Shown: positions 17,021 through 21,551 of the stretch, piece by piece | Numbering within the stretch: position 1 is the stretch's first letter | Layout: every line of letters starts with the position of its first letter | Virus record (IMG/VR): IMGVR_UViG_3300035682_000015 | Source of the DNA: a virus | Lineage: Duplodnaviria; Heunggongvirae; Uroviricota; Caudoviricetes | Length of the DNA: 21,551 nt | Reading direction: 5' to 3' (one strand) | Program-made: the position numbers and the translations under genes | The notes under the pieces: model-generated | Told to the model about the DNA's origin: nothing | Database searches by the model: none | What the model saw: the letters and a program-made list of their open reading frames with translations, nothing else

Positions 17021-19596
17021 TGAACGAGATAGAATTAAAAAAATTACACGACAAGATACAGAGTGTTAAAGATTTCGGGGATTTTAACAAATTTAAAAAT
17101 AAAATGGGTGACGTTAATTCTCGTAAACGTTTTTACGATAAGTATTTTTTATTTTTAAAAAGTAAAGGTGTTAATTTAGGTTCTTATGATGAATATGAAC
17201 GTAGATTATCTTCAAACGTAGAAACTGATGGTGGTGGTGGTCATACAGGTGGTGGAAGTGTATCACAAGGATGGTTATCTGACCCAACAGGAAATAAAAC
17301 TTGGGAATATCAACTTAGAGATTGTAAATGGGTTGCTAGAAAAATTGGTGAAACTAAAGAATATAATATTAGTGATAATCCAAAATATATCAGTTCAGTC
17401 CAAAAATTAAATGACGCTAACCCTAATTTAATAAAAGATTGTAACAAAACTAAACCTGAAGAAGTAAAACCTGTGATTAATCAGATTAATTTACCTGATT
17501 GGGCGACTTGTATAAAAGTTGTTCCAAATCTTAAATTAAGTCAAGACAGTAAAGGCACTTCAATTATTCAAATGGTTTTTGGTGATAGTGGTGATTATGG
17601 TTATTTTTGGGAAGGTGGTACGTTTTTATATGTTTTTAAAGATGAAAACAAAGGTAAAATATACGGTAAATGGTCTTGTAAAGATAATTCATTAGTAGTT
17701 ACTACAGATGATGGACAAGTATGGATGTCAGGTTCAGGGTGGGTAGTATCTCCGGATAAAGTAGGAACTCCTGATACAAACACTGGAACTAACTGGATGA
17801 CACCAGATGAGTTATCCGGTGATGAAACATCTCAACCCGTTAAAACAGAATCAACTATGGATAATTTAGAAAATATAATAAATGAGGTTAATGACCTTAT
17901 TATAGAACAAACACAACAAGTGGTTCAAGCACCTGCGGATGAGTTAAAGGCTTTAGAGAATAACCCAATATTAAAAAGTAAGGGTACTTTAGAAACACTA
18001 TGTAGAACAGCAAATCAAACATCAAAACCGATTAAAGTTAATAACGGTAAAACATATTTTGCCGGTAAAGCGGTTACTCGAAAAGATAATACTGTTGTTT
18101 ATATAACATACGATGGTATGGTGATAAAAAGAGTTAGTGATAATAGTTGTGTTTTTGAATATGTTAAAGGTGACGATAAGAATAACATACACATTAAAGG
18201 TATTCCATTCTCCGATTTATCCATGCCATATTTAGATGTTTTAAGTAGATTTGGTATTAACCCACTTAATTACGATTCTGACCCTTTATATTTGATAAAA
18301 AAGATGACAATTAAATTGCAAAATTTAATTACAAATCAAGGAGCAAGGTCTGCAGTATTTAAAAATTGGAATGATGTTTTAACATATTGGGACCCAAAAG
18401 GTGTTCGTTTAACGGGTACTGAAGATAATTTTGCTAACCCAATGCCCGATGAGTTAAATCAATATACTCCAGCAACGGCAGATTCTTTAGGATTAACATA
18501 TTTGGATAAACAAATTAAAATTTATCTAAAACGAGGTGGAAGACATACGAATGATTTTACTGACACAACATACGATTTTAATAAATGTAGACAAGATTTA
18601 GTCACGTATCTTAAAGCAGCTTTTGATTTTGAAAAAGAAGGAACTATTGATGATACCGTTAATTCAAACTCAGTTAGAAAATCATTACAAGGGTGTTATA
18701 CAAGTGGTGCGTTCCAAAAAATGACACCAATTAAAGATACTGATTTAAATCTTCAATTAAACGATAAAAATAATCCATTTAAAGGTCTTCGTGGATTTGG
18801 TAATGATTTAGACATTAATGATGTTAAAAAATTATTATCAGGTAACCACTTTAAATTACCAAAAGTTGGACCATCCGGTAATAATCCATATTTACCATTT
18901 AATTTAGACACAAGAAATATGAACGAATCAAAATTAAATACTTTAATTAAAGAAAATTTACAAAAATTATCTGAACAAAAAAATAGTAATTTATTGGCTG
19001 AAACTAGAATTATTCAAACAAGAACTAAAATTTTAACCGAAAACAGAATTCTTAAATTTAAACAACCAAGAGAAAAATTCTTTAATGAAATTATTTCTGA
19101 AGCAATTTATTTAGAATCACAAGGTTTTGATAAACAACTTATCAAAGAAGAGTTTTGGGACACGTTAAAAGGTATGTTCGGACAACACGGTTCTGAAGCA
19201 ATATTTGGAACATTCAAAGAATATATGGGTAAATGGTTATTACAAAAATTAACACCAGTTAATCCTAATGGTTGGATTGGTAGTATTGTTGTGGCAGCTA
19301 TCGGTAATTTACATATTGATGATTTATCAAAATTAACTGATTGTAACTTTTTAGTTAAAAAATTGTCATCATCAATCGGTGAAGGAATTGCTCGTAAAAT
19401 CCAACACGATAAAGGTTATGATGGTGGTATTTCAGATATTGTTAGAAATGGTTTATTTAGTGCCATAGATAATAATGAAATGGTTAAATCACTCGAAAAT
19501 GGGTTGGCAAAATTAATTTGTCCTGCACTTAGTGGTGTTAAAACGAAATTAGAAGACAAAGCACAACAAATGAAAACAATGGCCGTACAAGCCTAA
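17014..19596 (+). CDS. Large (860 aa) multidomain hypothetical protein, candidate virion protein
   Basis: Uninterrupted ORF; P/T/G-rich linkers; cluster of internal (I/L)xE motifs before a helical C-terminal domain. Confidence 0.7.
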   Translation: MVMNEIELKKLHDKIQSVKDFGDFNKFKNKMGDVNSRKRFYDKYFLFLKSKGVNLGSYDEYERRLSSNVETDGGGGHTGGGSVSQGWLSDPTGNKTWEYQLRDCKWVARKIGETKEYNISDNPKYISSVQKLNDANPNLIKDCNKTKPEEVKPVINQINLPDWATCIKVVPNLKLSQDSKGTSIIQMVFGDSGDYGYFWEGGTFLYVFKDENKGKIYGKWSCKDNSLVVTTDDGQVWMSGSGWVVSPDKVGTPDTNTGTNWMTPDELSGDETSQPVKTESTMDNLENIINEVNDLIIEQTQQVVQAPADELKALENNPILKSKGTLETLCRTANQTSKPIKVNNGKTYFAGKAVTRKDNTVVYITYDGMVIKRVSDNSCVFEYVKGDDKNNIHIKGIPFSDLSMPYLDVLSRFGINPLNYDSDPLYLIKKMTIKLQNLITNQGARSAVFKNWNDVLTYWDPKGVRLTGTEDNFANPMPDELNQYTPATADSLGLTYLDKQIKIYLKRGGRHTNDFTDTTYDFNKCRQDLVTYLKAAFDFEKEGTIDDTVNSNSVRKSLQGCYTSGAFQKMTPIKDTDLNLQLNDKNNPFKGLRGFGNDLDINDVKKLLSGNHFKLPKVGPSGNNPYLPFNLDTRNMNESKLNTLIKENLQKLSEQKNSNLLAETRIIQTRTKILTENRILKFKQPREKFFNEIISEAIYLESQGFDKQLIKEEFWDTLKGMFGQHGSEAIFGTFKEYMGKWLLQKLTPVNPNGWIGSIVVAAIGNLHIDDLSKLTDCNFLVKKLSSSIGEGIARKIQHDKGYDGGISDIVRNGLFSAIDNNEMVKSLENGLAKLICPALSGVKTKLEDKAQQMKTMAVQA

Positions 19597-19662
19597 CTGT
19601 ACCTCCGGTGTAGAAACCGGATGGGATTAACCATCTAAAAGAAAGGGGAAAATTCAGAATCT

Positions 19663-19697
19663 AGCAAGAGGGTGTCGTGAGACACCTTTTTGTTGCT
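19663..19697 (+). terminator. Intrinsic terminator with GNRA loop
   Basis: GGTGTC-GTGA-GACACC followed by TTTTT; stem extendable by AGCAA/TTGCT. Confidence 0.8.
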
Positions 19698-19717
19698 CAA
19701 AACTTTTTTAAAATAAA

Positions 19718-19749
19718 TTTGTTTAATTAAAAAACTTATATTACTTTTG
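19718..19749 (+). promoter_or_regulatory. Bacteroidetes-type promoter TTTG-N20-TActTTTG
   Basis: TTTG 19718-19721, TACTTTTG 19742-19749, ATG four nt downstream. Confidence 0.75.
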
Positions 19750-19753
19750 TCCT

Positions 19754-20014
19754 ATGAAAACATTTGATGATTTAATATTTAAACCACACGAGATGGGTAA
19801 TGGAGCTGTTCAAGCAAGAATGGACTTAGGAAACGATATTGAAGTTTCAGTTGTTGGTGGAAAACATTTATACGGAAATGGGGTTACTTCATTTGAAGTT
19901 GCAGCATTCTACCAAACATTAGGTAAGTTTGTCCCATTAGATGGTAATGATGTTTCCGGTTGGAATTCAAAAGAAGAAGTAACAAAAATTATTAACTATT
20001 TAGAAAATTTATAA
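19754..20014 (+). CDS. Hypothetical phage protein
   Basis: ORF directly under the promoter. Confidence 0.7.
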   Translation: MKTFDDLIFKPHEMGNGAVQARMDLGNDIEVSVVGGKHLYGNGVTSFEVAAFYQTLGKFVPLDGNDVSGWNSKEEVTKIINYLENL

Positions 20015-20016
20015 TT

Positions 20017-20283
20017 ATGCCAGATTTTAGTGCGTCAGTAGACATAGAACCTTGGGAGTATATTGCGGAATGTACTCGTAGTGAAATTGAAGATTTAATT
20101 GAATCACTTGTTGAAGATGGTCATTTAGATTCATTCAACGGGAAAGTTAAACCAAAAAAAGAAGGTGCGACCGTGATGGAGTTAGAGTGGGATGAATTAA
20201 TGACAAAGATTAGAAATTCTAAACATTTACTATCCAACGATGATGAAAGTAGAATAATTGAGATAGCTAATAAATTGGTATAA
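20017..20283 (+). CDS. Hypothetical phage protein
   Basis: ORF tiling. Confidence 0.65.
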   Translation: MPDFSASVDIEPWEYIAECTRSEIEDLIESLVEDGHLDSFNGKVKPKKEGATVMELEWDELMTKIRNSKHLLSNDDESRIIEIANKLV

Positions 20284-20304
20284 TAAAAAAAAATAAAAAA
20301 AATA

Positions 20305-20335
20305 TTTGACTTTTGAAGAACTTTTCGTAAGTTTG
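20305..20335 (+). promoter_or_regulatory. Bacteroidetes-type promoter TTTG-N19-TAagTTTG
   Basis: TTTG 20305-20308, TAAGTTTG 20328-20335. Confidence 0.7.
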
Positions 20336-20384
20336 ATATAATTATAAGAAACACAGGTAGAGATACCACAAAAAAAAAAGAAAA

Positions 20385-20495
20385 ATGAAAAACACTAATA
20401 AACATATGAACGTCGTGATTTGGAAACAACAATTTAGTAATTGTTCGTATCCGCGTATCTCGCATACAAGTTCAGGTGATAATGATTTAGTGTAA
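20385..20495 (+). CDS. Putative leader peptide (36 aa) of an attenuator
   Basis: Not in the ORF track. MKNTNKHMNVVIWKQQFSNCSYPRISHTSSGDNDLV; A-rich initiation region; lies between a promoter and a terminator. Confidence 0.55.
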   Translation: MKNTNKHMNVVIWKQQFSNCSYPRISHTSSGDNDLV

Positions 20496-20526
20496 TGTAA
20501 TGTAAAAAACATACAACAAATATATC

Positions 20527-20563
20527 AAAATCCTGAACTCAAAAAGTTCAGGATTTTTTTTTT
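20527..20563 (+). terminator. Strong intrinsic terminator (putative attenuator)
   Basis: AAAATCCTGAACT-CAAAA-AGTTCAGGATTTT followed by a T run. Confidence 0.85.
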
Positions 20564-20582
20564 GAAATTTTTTATAAAAAAG

Positions 20583-20613
20583 TTTGTCAGTCACAAAAAA
20601 AGGATTACCTTTG
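20583..20613 (+). promoter_or_regulatory. Bacteroidetes-type promoter for the tRNA array, TTTG-N19-TAccTTTG
   Basis: TTTG 20583-20586, TACCTTTG 20606-20613. Confidence 0.7.
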
Positions 20614-20662
20614 TCCCATCAAACAAAAGGAACGTTATTTGAAATATTGGTAAGAAAAAAAT

Positions 20663-20746
20663 GGAAGGCGGCCGAATGGACGAGGAGCTTGTCTTGAAAA
20701 CAAGTAGCAGGTAACACTGTTGTGGGTTCGATTCCCATGTCTTCCT
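20663..20746 (+). tRNA. tRNA-Ser (anticodon UGA)
   Basis: Acceptor GGAAGGC/GTCTTCC; anticodon arm CTTGT-CTTGAAA-ACAAG; long variable arm; T arm GTGGG-TTCGATT-CCCAT; CCA not encoded. Confidence 0.92.
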
Positions 20747-20847
20747 CGGGTTAGTTAAATAGTTTAATCCACACCCAAAAAAGAATGTTCGGCGGGAGGC
20801 CGAGGCGAACGTAATTGTGGTAATCGTTCTTTAACTAAAAAATATTT

Positions 20848-20919
20848 TGTCCCTTCGTATAACGGTTAGTACACGTAGTTTTGGTCTACGCGGAAGTGGT
20901 TCGATTCCATTAGGGATAA
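20848..20919 (+). tRNA. tRNA-Gln (anticodon UUG)
   Basis: Acceptor TGTCCCT/AGGGATA; anticodon arm CGTAG-TTTTGGT-CTACG; T arm AGTGG-TTCGATT-CCATT; followed by CAA, not CCA. Confidence 0.9.
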
Positions 20920-20922
20920 CAA

Positions 20923-20967
20923 GGGTTCGGTGGAAACCCAAGAATAGATGATGAATCTATGTCCACC
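20923..20967 (+). ncRNA. Putative H-type pseudoknot RNA element in the tRNA-Gln trailer
   Basis: S1 GGGTT/AACCC, S2 GGTGGA/TCCACC, S3 ATAGAT/ATCTAT; all Watson-Crick. Confidence 0.45.
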
Positions 20968-20973
20968 AAAAAC

Positions 20974-21041
20974 ATCGAGTGGTCCGGGACCAAAGACGGC
21001 TCATATCTGACTTTAGAATGGCTCAACACCATTACTCGGTA
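20974..21041 (+). tRNA. Atypical or degenerate tRNA-like element, anticodon CAU (Met/Ile2)
   Basis: Acceptor ATCGAGT/ACTCGGT; loop CTCATAT; T-like arm AATGG-CTCAACA-CCATT; shortened D arm; one A.A mismatch in the anticodon stem. Confidence 0.5.
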
Positions 21042-21094
21042 CGGGATGAACTAAATTTGTATGTTTATAGGTTGGAAGAACAAAACATATATTC

Positions 21095-21165
21095 ACCTCG
21101 TTGGCGTAATGGTAGCGTATTTGTCTTACATACAAATGGCGGTGGTTCGATTCCATCACGAGGTA
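21095..21165 (+). tRNA. tRNA-Val (anticodon UAC)
   Basis: Acceptor ACCTCGT/ACGAGGT; anticodon arm TTTGT-CTTACAT-ACAAA; T arm GGTGG-TTCGATT-CCATC; followed by CAA. Confidence 0.92.
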
Positions 21166-21188
21166 CAAAAAAAATATTAAAAAAAAAA

Positions 21189-21219
21189 TTGGTAGTTTAA
21201 AAATTAATACGTAATTTTG
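21189..21219 (+). promoter_or_regulatory. Bacteroidetes-type promoter TTG-N20-TAatTTTG
   Basis: TTG 21189-21191, TAATTTTG 21212-21219, ATG four nt downstream. Confidence 0.7.
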
Positions 21220-21223
21220 TCCT

Positions 21224-21551
21224 ATGAAAAGATTTAAAGTAAGATTCAATTTAGGTAGAGGTGAAAATTACCTTAAATGGAAAGTAGAACTTCCGGGAGA
21301 ACAGATGAAATATCTTGACCCAAATGAAGTTCAATTAGTTCTTAGAAATTGTGAATTAAAAAACAATCAAAAATCTGCTCAGGAAATATTTCAAGGGGAC
21401 TATAAAAAAGTTTGTTCTTGGGTATTATGTGAGTCGGTTGAGATTAAAACAAATGATTTTTCAACTCATAGTGAAAATCAAATTAGATATAATCCAAGAG
21501 TTCAACCAAATTGGTTAATGAACGATAAAAATGTGGATGGTGAAAAATTTG
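21224..21551 (+). CDS. Hypothetical phage protein, truncated by the window end
   Basis: Not in the ORF track. MKRFKVRFNLGRGENYLKWKV...CSWVLCE...IRYNPRVQPNW, open to the end of the window. Confidence 0.7.
   Translation, partial: MKRFKVRFNLGRGENYLKWKVELPGEQMKYLDPNEVQLVLRNCELKNNQKSAQEIFQGDYKKVCSWVLCESVEIKTNDFSTHSENQIRYNPRVQPNWLMNDKNVDGEKF

Noticed and set aside
19621-19638. Mini-ORF MGLTI within the 3' hairpins
   Set aside because: Five codons with no initiation context; better explained as part of an RNA structure.
20755-20762. TTAAATAG matching the pistol ribozyme linker
   Set aside because: The flanking P1, pseudoknot and P2/P3 elements cannot be built; this is an AT-rich chance match.
20920-20970. 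Theta/HDV-like ribozyme or tmRNA 3' end (TCCACCA) after tRNA-Gln
   Set aside because: There is no P3/L3 or J4/2 catalytic C and no T arm before TCCACCA, and the CC is paired in the pseudoknot. Kept only as an unknown pseudoknot.
1024-21249. Short overlapping or antisense ORFs in the track (e.g. 1024-1212, 2432-2635, 5250-5564, 9227-9598, 15262-15630, 20121-20465, 20979-21200, 21013-21249)
   Set aside because: They are shadows of better-supported genes or tRNAs and have no motifs or start context.
1-21551. Stop-codon reassignment as seen in some jumbo phages
   Set aside because: ORFs tile densely under code 11, TAG ends genes at sensible positions (1747, 2324, 6407), and no suppressor tRNA is present.
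1-21551. CRISPR array, IS element or intron
   Set aside because: I saw no regularly spaced direct repeats, no transposase, and no interrupted gene; dnaK is intact.

Overview
AT-rich, gene-dense window that looks like part of a large (jumbo-type) bacteriophage genome with a Bacteroidetes host. This is an inference: most ORFs are short unknowns, there is a free-standing HNH endonuclease and a tRNA array, and Bacteroidetes-type TAnnTTTG promoters recur. No capsid, terminase or polymerase hallmark gene lies in the window. Recognisable genes are dnaK, an HNH endonuclease with a small upstream ribbon-helix-helix (RHH) ORF, a cyclic-phosphate-processing REC-like protein, two HAD 'Swiss Army Knife' RNA-repair-type phosphatases, two HExxH metallopeptidase-like proteins, a ParB/Srx-like protein, three canonical tRNAs (Ser-UGA, Gln-UUG, Val-UAC) and one deviant CAU tRNA-like element. 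The most interesting unexplained structure: (1) a 36-codon leader ORF with a terminator and a perfect 8-nt anti-terminator copy upstream of the tRNA array, a candidate translation-sensing attenuator; (2) many unrelated proteins sharing an N-terminal (I/L)-x-E leader and an upstream TATTTAT motif, candidate protease-matured virion cargo; (3) two promoter classes that both appear to give leaderless mRNAs; (4) structured RNA elements between the tRNAs, including a perfect H-type pseudoknot and boxA-like sites. All structure and family calls were made by eye, without database searches.
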